Origin: Longimicrobiales bacterium
GTDB lineage: Bacteria; Gemmatimonadota; Gemmatimonadetes; Longimicrobiales; Gaopeijiaceae
Reading direction: 5' to 3'
Length of the DNA stretch: 64,000 bases
Assembly: GCA_965198065.1 (NCBI GenBank)
Contig: CBDAON010000004.1
Coordinates: forward strand, 2,592,001-2,656,000
In this document: positions 9,945-19,196 of the stretch, one piece after another
Layout of the letters: the number at the start of each line of letters is the position of its first letter
Numbering within the stretch: position 1 is the stretch's first letter
Notes under the pieces: generated by a model
What the model was told of the DNA's origin: nothing
What the model saw: only the letters and a program-made list of their open reading frames with translations
The model's database searches: none
Position numbers and translations under genes: made by a program

Positions 9945-11117
9945 ATGTTGCGATCCGACCGCGTGAACCCGACAACTCTTCTTGGTCTCTCGCTCCTCTT
10001 CTTAGCCGGTTGCGGAGGGGCGCCCGAGGAGACCGCGTCTGCCGAGTCCGCGATGCCGGCCGAGGCCGAGGGGGGATTCAATCTGCCGCCGAGCGGAACC
10101 ACCGGAACGCCCGCGGATCAGACGCCCGACCCGGCTGCAGCCGGCCTCCCGAACCCGAACCCCACGCTGGTCACGAACTGGGGCCCGCTTCCCGGGGGAC
10201 GTGAATGGGGGTCCACGGCCGGAATCGACGTCGGTCCGGACGGCCACATCTGGGCCTATGACCGGTGTGGCGCGGGCGGCGGGTGCGACCAAGACCGGAC
10301 GTTGGATCCGGTCTTCAAGTTTGACCGGAACACCGGGGAGGTCCTTACGAGCTTCGGCGCCGGCTTCTTCATGACGCCCCACGGGATCCACGCGGACGAC
10401 GAGGGGAACGTCTGGGTCACGGACTACCAGGGGAACGACGAGGGCACCAAGGGCCACCAGGTGTTCAAGTTCAGTCCCGAGGGCGAGGTCCTGATGCGCC
10501 TCGGTGTCGCGGGCGTCACCGGGAGCGACGGCCAGCACCTCAACCAGCCGACCGACGTGATCGTCGCGCCGAACGGGGACATTTTCGTATCGGACGGGCA
10601 CAGCGGACAGGGATCGGACCCGGCTCCGGGATCCACCGGCCGGATCATGAAGTTCAGCTCGACCGGCCAGTTCATCATGCAGTGGGGACAGATCGGAAAC
10701 GGCCCTGGGGAATTCCGGACGCCTCACGCGCTCGAATTCGACTCGCGCGGGCGTCTCTACGTGGCCGACCGCGGGAACCACCGCATCCAGATCTTCGACC
10801 AGGAGGGGAACCTGCTCGACACGTACTATCAGTACAGCCGGATCAGCGGCATCTTCATCACCGCTGACGATATGCTGTACGCGATTGACTCCGAGACGAG
10901 CCCCACGGGCCATCCGGGGTGGATCAGCGGCATTCGCGTCGGCAGCGCGTTCGAGGATCGGGTCACCGCGTTCATTCCACCGCACGAGGGCGAATCGCGG
11001 CCCGTCGCTGGCGAGGGGGTGGCCGTGGACCAGGACGGCAACATCTACGCGGCCGAAGGACCGGCAGCGAGGCCCGTGGTCGACGGTGGAATCACGAAGT
11101 ACGTGCTGGGCATGTAG
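9945..11117 (+). CDS. NHL-repeat beta-propeller lipoprotein (peptidyl-alpha-hydroxyglycine alpha-amidating lyase-like)
   Basis: Lipobox LAGC; repeated NHL units (PHGIHADDEGNVWVTD, PTDVIVAPNGDIFVSDG, PHALEFDSRGRLYVADRGNHRIQIFD); start ATG 9945 after GAGGA. Confidence 0.88.
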   Translation: MLRSDRVNPTTLLGLSLLFLAGCGGAPEETASAESAMPAEAEGGFNLPPSGTTGTPADQTPDPAAAGLPNPNPTLVTNWGPLPGGREWGSTAGIDVGPDGHIWAYDRCGAGGGCDQDRTLDPVFKFDRNTGEVLTSFGAGFFMTPHGIHADDEGNVWVTDYQGNDEGTKGHQVFKFSPEGEVLMRLGVAGVTGSDGQHLNQPTDVIVAPNGDIFVSDGHSGQGSDPAPGSTGRIMKFSSTGQFIMQWGQIGNGPGEFRTPHALEFDSRGRLYVADRGNHRIQIFDQEGNLLDTYYQYSRISGIFITADDMLYAIDSETSPTGHPGWISGIRVGSAFEDRVTAFIPPHEGESRPVAGEGVAVDQDGNIYAAEGPAARPVVDGGITKYVLGM

Positions 11118-11145
11118 CCAGAGAGCGGACGGGCCCGTGCTCGGG

Positions 11146-11667
11146 TCACTCGAGCGCCGCGAGGAGGAGGTCGAGCGCCAGGGTGTGTATCCCTGGCGCT
11201 TGGCTTTCCCTCGGGCCCGCGACGTTGAGCATGGGCGGACGGGAAAACGAGGCGAGCCAGGAGCGGACCCGGTCGGCCGGGAGCGGGCCGCTCGGGATCA
11301 GGTCGATCACGAGGACCGGCCGCCCGAGCCGCTTTGCGACCTCGAGCGTGTAGGCCGTCCCCCCAGCGGGGGGCCCTGCGGACAGGATGAGCGTGGCGTC
11401 GGCGTCCCGCACGTTCCGCTCCGTCCGATCCGCGTAGTCTGCTGTCGGGGTCTCGCGAAGGCCCGAGTACCGCTCGGGAATCACGCCGTCCTCGGCCCGT
11501 CGTCCCTTCGGCACCCAGCCGGCTCGCGGGATCCCGAGCGCGATGGCCGCGTCCAGGGCCGCGCGATCCACGCCCGTCTGGCCGCCGGACCGGATCTCCC
11601 GAACGCGCACGAGACGACCTTCCCTCACGACCCGGGGAGCGCCGGGTGGAGCGTGCGGATCCGACAA
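11146..11667 (-). CDS. Putative molybdenum cofactor carrier / circularly permuted YpsA SLOG-family protein
   Basis: ISGGQTG-type motif SGGQTGVDRAALD, GWVPKGRRAEDG, RTERNVRDADAT, GGTAYT, LNVAGPRES; start uncertain. Confidence 0.88.
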   Translation of the reverse strand: MSDPHAPPGAPRVVREGRLVRVREIRSGGQTGVDRAALDAAIALGIPRAGWVPKGRRAEDGVIPERYSGLRETPTADYADRTERNVRDADATLILSAGPPAGGTAYTLEVAKRLGRPVLVIDLIPSGPLPADRVRSWLASFSRPPMLNVAGPRESQAPGIHTLALDLLLAALE

Positions 11668-11699
11668 CGCACCTCCCTCGGTCTCGGCCCGAGAGCTCG

Positions 11700-12737
11700 A
11701 TGGCTGACATCGTCGTGAACCTGCGGGACGGACGACCCATCTGGTCCCTTCCCGAGTGGGCCATCCGGGAATTGGCTGCCGCGCTTCCGACCGGGTGGAC
11801 GATGCACTTGGAGGATTCTGCCACGGACGGGTCGGGGGATGGCCGCGCGGCTCCCGACTCGGGCGTGATCCGGGTGATGGCAGGAGCCCGAATCTACCTG
11901 GGCTTTGGCGTCCCCGCGGAGGTTCTCGAGGCCGGCGAGGGAAGCCTCGAGTGGGTGCACTCGGCTGCGGCTGGGGTCGGAGGGTCGCTTCACGATGCGA
12001 TGCGGCGAAATCGGGTGCGCTTCACGAACTCGGCGGGGGTCCACGGCCCTCCGATCGCGGAAACCGTCGTGGCTATGCTCCTCCACTTCGCCCGCGGGCT
12101 CGACTTCACGGTCGCCGCCCAGCAGGCCGGGCGGTGGAACGACGCCCCCCTTCTCCGGGCCGACACCCCCGTTCGGGAGCTCTCGGGCATGAAGGTGGGG
12201 ATCCTCGGGTACGGGGGAATCGGACGGGAGGTCGGTCGGCGTCTGAGGGCCCTAGGCTCGGAGGTGTCGGGGCTCCGGCGGTCGCCTCCGGCCGTCGAGC
12301 GGGACGAGATGGGTGTCATGCTCCTCCATGGGGAAGACGGGCTCGTCCGGCTCCTCGGGGGAAGCGAGGCCCTCGTGGTCGCGGCGCCTGAGACGCAGGA
12401 GACCCGCGGCCTCCTGACCGCGGAGCGAATCCGCTCGCTCCCCCGGGGCGCGGTCCTCGTCAACGTCGCGCGAGGCCGGCTCGTGGACGAAGACGCGCTC
12501 GTGGATGCACTCCGCGACGGGCACCTGAGGGGGGCGGGACTCGACGTGTTCTCGACCGAGCCCCTCCCGGAGGGGCACCCGCTGTGGGGGCTCCCGAACG
12601 TGCTCATCACGCCTCACACGTCGGCCGTGTCGCGCGGGTTCTGGAGACGGGAAATGGAGCTGATCCTCGATAACCTCCGACGGTTCCTCGCGAACCAGAC
12701 GCTCCTGAACGAGGTGAGCCGCGAGCGGGGCTACTAA
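11700..12737 (+). CDS. D-2-hydroxyacid dehydrogenase (NAD(P)-dependent)
   Basis: GILGYGGIG Rossmann motif, VNVARG, LDVFSTEPL, ITPH catalytic His. Confidence 0.93.
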   Translation: MADIVVNLRDGRPIWSLPEWAIRELAAALPTGWTMHLEDSATDGSGDGRAAPDSGVIRVMAGARIYLGFGVPAEVLEAGEGSLEWVHSAAAGVGGSLHDAMRRNRVRFTNSAGVHGPPIAETVVAMLLHFARGLDFTVAAQQAGRWNDAPLLRADTPVRELSGMKVGILGYGGIGREVGRRLRALGSEVSGLRRSPPAVERDEMGVMLLHGEDGLVRLLGGSEALVVAAPETQETRGLLTAERIRSLPRGAVLVNVARGRLVDEDALVDALRDGHLRGAGLDVFSTEPLPEGHPLWGLPNVLITPHTSAVSRGFWRREMELILDNLRRFLANQTLLNEVSRERGY

Positions 12738-13615
12738 CCGCCCTCGGCTCCGGAGCGGTGCCCGGTTACGGGGCCTTCCCGTGAAGGCCCGGCCTCCGCG
12801 TCTCCCTCGCGCGCCTTTACCTCGTCCCAGAGAGCATCGAGCTCCCCGAGCGTCGCGCCGGGGATCGGGACGCCGCGCTCCTTTGCGAGCGCCTCCACGG
12901 ATCCAAATCGCCTCTGGAACTTGACGTTGGCCTGCTCGAGCGACGTGACGGCATGCGCTCCCGTCAGGCGGGCCAGGTTCACCACGGAGAAGAGGAGATC
13001 CCCCATCTCGGCCGCCAGGGTGTCCGGATCGCCCGCGGCCAACTCCCGCTCCACCTCCGCCAGCTCTTCCTTCACTTTGGCGAGTGCCCCAGCAGCCTCG
13101 CTCCAGTCGAACCCCACGCCCGCCACGCGCTCCTGGATGCGATGAGCCCTGAGGAGCGGGTCGAGGCCCTGGGCGAGCCCATCCAGCGGGGAGCGGTCGG
13201 CGCGCTCGCGCGCCTTGATCGCTTCCCACGCCTCACCCTCGCCCCCGAACAGATGTGGATGGCGCCGGACCATCTTCGCCTGGAGGAAGCTGACGACCTC
13301 GTCACGCGTGAAGCTCTCGTCCTCTTCCGCCACGACGATCTGGAACGCGACGTTTAGGAGCAGATCGCCGAGCTCCTCCAGCAGGGCTGACGGATCCCCT
13401 GAGTGGATCGCGTCCACGGTCTCGTGGGTCTCTTCGACGAGGTGGGGGACTAAAGAGCGCGCAGTCTGCTCCCGGTCCCAGGGACAGTTCGCGCGCAGGT
13501 ACTCGACGAGGGCGAGCGCGTTGTCGAGAGCGCCGGGGACGGGGGGGAACCGGCCCGTCGGGGCCTCCACCTCCACCTCCGCCCGCTCGCCCCCACCCTC
13601 GTCCCCGAGGACCAC
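12734..13615 (-). CDS. mazG: Nucleoside triphosphate pyrophosphohydrolase MazG
   Basis: CPWDREQT, EETHET, EELGDLL, KMVRRHPH, second domain KVKEELAE...EMGDLLF; GTG 13615 with GGAGG. Confidence 0.95.
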   Translation of the reverse strand: MVLGDEGGGERAEVEVEAPTGRFPPVPGALDNALALVEYLRANCPWDREQTARSLVPHLVEETHETVDAIHSGDPSALLEELGDLLLNVAFQIVVAEEDESFTRDEVVSFLQAKMVRRHPHLFGGEGEAWEAIKARERADRSPLDGLAQGLDPLLRAHRIQERVAGVGFDWSEAAGALAKVKEELAEVERELAAGDPDTLAAEMGDLLFSVVNLARLTGAHAVTSLEQANVKFQRRFGSVEALAKERGVPIPGATLGELDALWDEVKAREGDAEAGPSREGPVTGHRSGAEGG

Positions 13616-13703
13616 CGGCGCCTCCCGAGTCGATCGCAGGCCGACCGTTCCGTGTCCGATCGTTCCTTGCTGGAGGGGTACTTTGTCGCATCTTTGTGCG
13701 ACC

Positions 13704-14852
13704 ATGTCAACCGACCCCCGTAGCCGGGCGTGGGTCGAGGTGAATCCTCGAGCCCTCCGGCGAAACCTGGAGCGCGTTCGCGAGGCGGTTGGAGGAGGGG
13801 TCGGGTTGCTGCCCATGGTCAAGGCGGACGCGTACGGGGTCGGGCTCGAGGAGGCCGTGAGGGCGGTGGAGCCCGCCGGGCCGTGGGGATACGGGGTCGC
13901 GACCGTCGAGGAAGGCGCGAGGGTTCGGGGCGCGGGCAGCGAGCGTCCCGTCCTCGTCGTCTCGCCCGTCCCGCCCGGGGCGGTGCAGGCGGCCTTCGAG
14001 CTCGGCCTGACGCTCTCCGTCTCCGACCTCCGCGTTCTTGAGGCCATCGCGGAGACGGCCGATCGGCTCGGAGTGGAGGCTGCCGTACATCTCGACGTGG
14101 ATACCGGGATGGGGCGCTCCGGATTCGACTGGCGCCGGGTCGCGGAGTGGGGTCCGGAGGTCGCGCGGTTGGTGAGAGGCCGGGTCCGATTGGAGGGGGC
14201 GTTCACCCACTTCCACTCGGCGGACGAGCGGGACCCGGCGAGCGTGACCCTCCAGGCCGAGCGGTTCACCGAGGTCGTGGATGCCCTCGGAGCGGTGGGG
14301 CTTCGCGTTCGGCTGGTCCACCTGAGTAACTCAGCGGCGGCCCTCCGCCGGCCGGAGCTCGCGGCCGAGCTCGTGAGACCGGGAATCTTCCTCTATGGGG
14401 GGCGGGCAGGCGAGAGGCTCCCCGAGCCCGAGGAGGTCGTCCGGCTCCGTGCCCGGGTCGTCCTGATCCGGGATGCGACCTCCGGATCCACGCTGGGGTA
14501 CGGAGCGACGCACGTGGCCGCGGCGCCCGAGCGATGGGCCACGGTAGGGATCGGGTACGGCGACGGCCTCCCCCGGGCGCTGGGAAACCGGGGAGCTGCG
14601 CTGGTTCTGGGAAGGAAGGTGCCGATCATCGGACGGATCTCAATGGACCTGACGGTGGTAGACATCACCGGCCTCGCGGATCTGGAGGTGAGCGTGGGCA
14701 CAGCGGTCACCTTCATCGGGGCCGAGGGCGAAGCGCACATCTCGCTCGACGAGGTCGCCGCCCAAGCGGGAACGATCAGCTACGAGATCCTGACCGGGCT
14801 CGCGGCCCGCCTGCCGCGCATCTGGGCGTCCGGCCCTGTCGTGGAATCATGA
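13704..14852 (+). CDS. alr: Alanine racemase
   Basis: PLP motif MVKADAYG, VDTGMGRSG, RPGIFLYG, GYGDG, GRISMD, TISYE. Confidence 0.97.
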   Translation: MSTDPRSRAWVEVNPRALRRNLERVREAVGGGVGLLPMVKADAYGVGLEEAVRAVEPAGPWGYGVATVEEGARVRGAGSERPVLVVSPVPPGAVQAAFELGLTLSVSDLRVLEAIAETADRLGVEAAVHLDVDTGMGRSGFDWRRVAEWGPEVARLVRGRVRLEGAFTHFHSADERDPASVTLQAERFTEVVDALGAVGLRVRLVHLSNSAAALRRPELAAELVRPGIFLYGGRAGERLPEPEEVVRLRARVVLIRDATSGSTLGYGATHVAAAPERWATVGIGYGDGLPRALGNRGAALVLGRKVPIIGRISMDLTVVDITGLADLEVSVGTAVTFIGAEGEAHISLDEVAAQAGTISYEILTGLAARLPRIWASGPVVES

Positions 14853-14902
14853 CCGGCGTCCACGCCGATCCCCACACGGACGACGGAAAGGCCTCCCAGT
14901 GA
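14849..14902 (+). CDS. 17-codon mini-ORF MTGVHADPHTDDGKASQ overlapping both neighbours (possible coupling peptide or deletion scar)
   Basis: ATG overlaps the alr TGA (ATGA); its TGA overlaps the next gene's GTG (GTGA). Confidence 0.35.
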   Translation: MTGVHADPHTDDGKASQ

Positions 14903-16212
14903 CGACGAGACTCCTTGGAACGAGCGCCCTGGCAGCCTTTCTCCTCGCGTGGGGGTGCACCGACGCGACACCGACCTCAGACGATCCGGGGCTCATCCCC
15001 CTAAACCCGCGAACCGTCGAGCTCGTCCTCCCCTTCGCGGAGTTCGGCGACTCGCTCCAGCTCCTGAGCGGATACGCGTCCCAGGCGGAGCTCACGGGCG
15101 CGCTCCTGGCCCGGGGGTGGGCGGGAGACCTGGACGCCCACACTCTGGTTCGCTTCGGCCCTCCGGCGGACCGAATCCAAGTGATCCCCCCCGGGGGCTC
15201 CGACACGGTCCCGGACCTAGAGTACTGGCCGATCGAGGGACGCGTCGTCGTCACCTTGGACACCATGGACGCCGTTGGAGACCGTCCGTTCGAGATCAAT
15301 GCGGAAGCGATTGAGACGCCCTGGCACGTGTCCTCGGCGACGTGGGAGCACGCGATCGACACCTTGGTAAACACGGCCCCCTGGCCGGAGCCGGGCGGCG
15401 GTCCGGTGACTGCCCTCGCGGTCGATCGCTGGGCGGGTCCGCGGGACGGGGACGCGGTCTTCTTCTTCCTGGACTCGCTCACGGTCTCGCGATGGTTCGA
15501 TCAGTCGAGGCCGGAGAACGGCCTCCGGATCACGGTAACGGGGCCCGGATCCCGGCTCGGTGTCGAGACTGTGGAGCTCGTCTACCTCGTCCGGTCCTCC
15601 ATCCATCCGGACACGATCGTCGAGCTCGACGCCCTCTCGAGCGAGACGACCGTCGTGTACTCGCCGGAGCCGCAGCCGCTGGAGGGCGCATTCCGGATCG
15701 GTGGGGCGCCCGCACATCGGGCGGCCGTCCACTTCGACCTTCCGGAGGCCGTCGAGGGGGACACCTCCACCTGCGAGGGAGCCCCTTGCACGATCGAGAT
15801 CCTCGCCGACCGGCTGGTCTACGCGGGGCTCCGCCTGTACTCCCACGGGACGGCTCCCCTTGGGCTCCAGCCGCTGGACTCGATCTCGATCGACATGCGT
15901 CCGGTGCTGCTCCCGAGCCGCGTTCGCCGCTCCCCTCTGGGGCCCAGCGCGCAGACCATCCCGAAGATGGTCGCTCCGGAGCTGTTTTCCCCGGGATCGG
16001 CGTCCATGGTCGAGCTTCCGGTGACGCGATACCTGAGGGAGCTGTTGACGGACCCCCCGGACGGATCCGATGCGACGTCGCCCGTGCTGATGCTCCTCAC
16101 GACCTTCGAGCCCTGGTCGCTCGAGCACGCCACGTTCTGGGGACTCGGGAGCGACAACGAGCCTACCCTTCGCCTCGTCCTCAGCTGGACGGAGGGGCTA
16201 GGGCTCCCATGA
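14899..16212 (+). CDS. Hypothetical lipoprotein
   Basis: Signal peptide with lipobox LAWGC; beta-rich acidic body; stop overlaps the next ATG. Confidence 0.75.
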   Translation: MTTRLLGTSALAAFLLAWGCTDATPTSDDPGLIPLNPRTVELVLPFAEFGDSLQLLSGYASQAELTGALLARGWAGDLDAHTLVRFGPPADRIQVIPPGGSDTVPDLEYWPIEGRVVVTLDTMDAVGDRPFEINAEAIETPWHVSSATWEHAIDTLVNTAPWPEPGGGPVTALAVDRWAGPRDGDAVFFFLDSLTVSRWFDQSRPENGLRITVTGPGSRLGVETVELVYLVRSSIHPDTIVELDALSSETTVVYSPEPQPLEGAFRIGGAPAHRAAVHFDLPEAVEGDTSTCEGAPCTIEILADRLVYAGLRLYSHGTAPLGLQPLDSISIDMRPVLLPSRVRRSPLGPSAQTIPKMVAPELFSPGSASMVELPVTRYLRELLTDPPDGSDATSPVLMLLTTFEPWSLEHATFWGLGSDNEPTLRLVLSWTEGLGLP

Positions 16213-17393
16213 CGCCTCGGGTGCGCTCAGGCGGGAACTGGAGTGCCATCGCCATGCTCGGCGCGGCGCTCGTGGCCGCACCGTCCCAGCTAGAGGCGCA
16301 GTCGCTCGTAGCGCGGGCGGGTCTCGGGCTGCCGGTCGAGCCGCTCGATGCTCGAAGCCGCGCCATGGGCGGAGCCGGGATCGGGCTCTCGGGCGCTTAC
16401 CTCCTGGCCACGGATCCCGCCGCGGCGGCGGGGCTCGTGCTGCCGAGCGTGACGGGGAGCTACCAGCCGACGCGCTCCACGCTCACAGACGGAACGCGCG
16501 CGGGCCGGGCCCGCTTCCCCGTTGTTGGTGCCTCGTATCCCTATCGCGCCAATGTCTTCTCGGTTCAGTTCTCGGGGTTCCTCGACCAGGACTGGGAGGT
16601 CAGCTCGGAGAGGGTCCTGACCGTGTCGGGAGGATCCGTGGGGGCCACCGACACGTTTCGATCGTCGGGCGGCATCGGGCAGGCCCGGATCGGGGTGGCG
16701 AGGCGGGTCGCGGAATCCCTCTCCATTGGGCTCTCGCTCGGGACGTACACCGGATCGATGGAGCGGACGTTCGAGCGCGTGCTCGATGCCGACGACTTCG
16801 GGCTCGACGTGGAGCCGTTCGTCATCCAGGGCCGTTGGCGTGCGTCCGGAAAGACTGCGGTGCTCGGGGCGGTATGGAATCCGGGCCCGCTTCTCCAGCT
16901 CGCGGCTTCGGCCGCCTGGTCGGGGGACCTCGAGCTCAGATCTGCCGGGGAAGGGGTCGGCGAGGACGGGACGTATGCAATGCCCTTCGAGCTCAGGGCG
17001 GGAGGGACGTTCACCCTGGCCGGGGACCTGGGCCTCGCGCTCGGGGTCAGCTACGCGGACTGGAGCGGGACTGGGGCCGATTTTGAGAACGAGATGGCCA
17101 GGGGGGCTGCGTGGAGCTACGGAGCGGGCGTCGAGTGGTCGGCCACCACGCTCCTGGGGCGATCCATACCTATTCGACTGGGTGCCCGGCATATCGATCT
17201 CCCGTTCACGTTCGGTGGAGACGCCGTCTCCGAACGGGTCCTGTCCGGTGGCGTGGGTCTCGTCCTCGTCCAGGGCCAGGGGATTCCGCTCGCGCTCCTC
17301 GAGATCGGGGTCGAGAACGGAACCCGGAACGGGGGTGCGGTCTCGGAAGAGTTCTGGCGCACGACCATAACCGTCCAAGTGGCCGGCAACTGA
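16209..17393 (+). CDS. Outer-membrane beta-barrel, FadL/PorV-like
   Basis: Signal peptide; N-terminal ARSRAMGGAGIG...DPAA plug-type motif; alternating hydrophobic beta-strands. Confidence 0.72.
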   Translation: MTPRVRSGGNWSAIAMLGAALVAAPSQLEAQSLVARAGLGLPVEPLDARSRAMGGAGIGLSGAYLLATDPAAAAGLVLPSVTGSYQPTRSTLTDGTRAGRARFPVVGASYPYRANVFSVQFSGFLDQDWEVSSERVLTVSGGSVGATDTFRSSGGIGQARIGVARRVAESLSIGLSLGTYTGSMERTFERVLDADDFGLDVEPFVIQGRWRASGKTAVLGAVWNPGPLLQLAASAAWSGDLELRSAGEGVGEDGTYAMPFELRAGGTFTLAGDLGLALGVSYADWSGTGADFENEMARGAAWSYGAGVEWSATTLLGRSIPIRLGARHIDLPFTFGGDAVSERVLSGGVGLVLVQGQGIPLALLEIGVENGTRNGGAVSEEFWRTTITVQVAGN

Positions 17394-17430
17394 GCGTCGT
17401 GACGGGCCCGGCGCCAGGGCGATCCCGCTA

Positions 17431-17459
17431 TTGGTCTGACCGGGCCGGGGTGGTTCAAT
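17431..17459 (+). promoter_or_regulatory. Candidate sigma70-type promoter of miaB (leaderless spacing)
   Basis: TTGGTC-N17-TTCAAT with extended TG; ATG 7 nt after the -10 hexamer. Confidence 0.45.
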
Positions 17460-17466
17460 TAGGGCC

Positions 17467-18855
17467 ATGACGAGCCCGATCCCACGGGTCCGGCGGGCGT
17501 ACGTCGAGACGTACGGCTGTCAGATGAACATCGCCGACGGCGAGTTGATGGAGGGGGTGCTCGACCGGGCAGGCTACGAGATCGTCTCCTCCCCCGAGGA
17601 GGCCGACGTCGTGCTCGTGAACACCTGCGCGATCCGGGAGCACGCGGAGAGCCGGGTCATCGGGCGGGTCGGCCAGTTGAGCTCGCTCAAGAGAGAGCGG
17701 CCCGACCTCCTCATTGCCGTCACCGGGTGCATGGCCCAGCGGATGGGCGAGCCGCTTCTCAAGAGGGCCCCGTACGTGGATCTGGTCGTGGGCCCGGACG
17801 GGTATCGAGCTCTGCCGGCCCATCTGGAGCGGCTCTTCCAAGACGCCTGCGAGGACCAGCGACCTCGAGCGACGCGGCGCCGGCTCCAGCTCGCTGTGCT
17901 CGAGCTGGATCCGGGCGAGAGCTACCAAGGGCTGGAGCAGAGGCGGAGGAGCGGACCCTCCGCGTGGGTTCCGATCCAGCGCGGCTGCGACCATCGCTGC
18001 ACGTTCTGCATCGTGCCCTACGTCCGTGGTCCGGAGAAGAACCGGGCGCCGGACGACGTGCTGGACGAGATCCGGCGCCTCGCCGAGGGGGACATCTCGG
18101 AGGTTACCCTCCTGGGGCAGACCGTGAACTCGTATCGGCACGGGGAGTGGTCGTTCGCACGCCTCCTCCGAGAGGTCGGTCGCGTGGACGGAATCCGCCG
18201 CGTGCGCTTCACCTCCCCCCACCCGGGCGACGTGACGGACGAGCTCGTGGACGTGATGGGCACCGAGCCGGCCGTGTGCGAGCAGCTCCACCTACCGGTC
18301 CAATCTGGGAACGACCGCACGCTGAAGCGGATGGTCCGGCGGTACACGGTCGCGGAGTACCTCGGGATCGTGGAAGCGGTGCGGGAAGCCGTGCCTGACA
18401 TCGCGCTCTCGACGGACATCATCGTGGGTTTCCCCGGGGAGACGGAGCGGGAGTTCGAGGACACGCTCGACCTCATCCGGCGGGTACGGTTCGACGACGC
18501 GTTCACGTACCGGTACTCGCCGCGAGAGGGTACACCGGCCACGCGGGTTCCCGAGGAAGATCACGTCCCCGAAGGGGAGGCCCAGGAGCGGCTCGAGGAG
18601 CTCATCCGGGTCGCGCGGGAGATCCAGGCCGAGATCAATCGGGGCGAGGTTGGCCGGCTGGAGGAGGTGCTTCTCGAGCGGGAGGCGCGGGATCCGCGGG
18701 AGCTCCGGGGCCGAACGCGGCGAAACAAGGTCGTGACGCTCCCGGCGCCCGGGTGCAGGGTCGGGGACTACGTGCCCGCGGAGCTCACGGCGACCACGGG
18801 AGCCACCTTTTCGGGCGGGCTAGCCGAAGCGCCCATCGCTGTGAACTGTCGGTGA
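17467..18855 (+). CDS. miaB: tRNA-2-methylthio-N6-dimethylallyladenosine synthase MiaB
   Basis: TYGCQMN, NTCAIRE, GCMAQ, radical SAM CDHRCTFC, RFTSPHP, HLPVQSG, TRAM tail. Confidence 0.97.
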   Translation: MTSPIPRVRRAYVETYGCQMNIADGELMEGVLDRAGYEIVSSPEEADVVLVNTCAIREHAESRVIGRVGQLSSLKRERPDLLIAVTGCMAQRMGEPLLKRAPYVDLVVGPDGYRALPAHLERLFQDACEDQRPRATRRRLQLAVLELDPGESYQGLEQRRRSGPSAWVPIQRGCDHRCTFCIVPYVRGPEKNRAPDDVLDEIRRLAEGDISEVTLLGQTVNSYRHGEWSFARLLREVGRVDGIRRVRFTSPHPGDVTDELVDVMGTEPAVCEQLHLPVQSGNDRTLKRMVRRYTVAEYLGIVEAVREAVPDIALSTDIIVGFPGETEREFEDTLDLIRRVRFDDAFTYRYSPREGTPATRVPEEDHVPEGEAQERLEELIRVAREIQAEINRGEVGRLEEVLLEREARDPRELRGRTRRNKVVTLPAPGCRVGDYVPAELTATTGATFSGGLAEAPIAVNCR

Positions 18856-19163
18856 GCAGGCTCACCGGGGCCGCGGGCGTCCTGGGCGTCCTCGTCCTGG
18901 TGACGTTCTTCGCCCGCTGGAACGGAGGGGAGCGGGTCACGCTCGACCTGGGCCTCTACACGTTCTATCGGGTTCCCCTCACCTACGTTGCGTTCGGGGG
19001 CCTCTTCATCGGGATGCTCGTGATGCTGGTCGCGGGAATCCACTCGGACCTGAAGGTACGGCGCTTCCTCCGGGAGCGGCTCGAGGACGAGGACCGGGAG
19101 GAGCGCCGCCGCATCGATCGGAACCAGCAGGACCTCTTCCGCCTCCCCGGCACGGAGGACTAG
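18852..19163 (+). CDS. LapA-family small membrane protein
   Basis: Two TM segments around N...V.LDL, basic/acidic tail; GTGA overlap with the miaB stop. Confidence 0.7.
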   Translation: MSRLTGAAGVLGVLVLVTFFARWNGGERVTLDLGLYTFYRVPLTYVAFGGLFIGMLVMLVAGIHSDLKVRRFLRERLEDEDREERRRIDRNQQDLFRLPGTED

Positions 19164-19196
19164 ACGCAGAGGGACCGGCTCCCTCCGGTAACCCGG

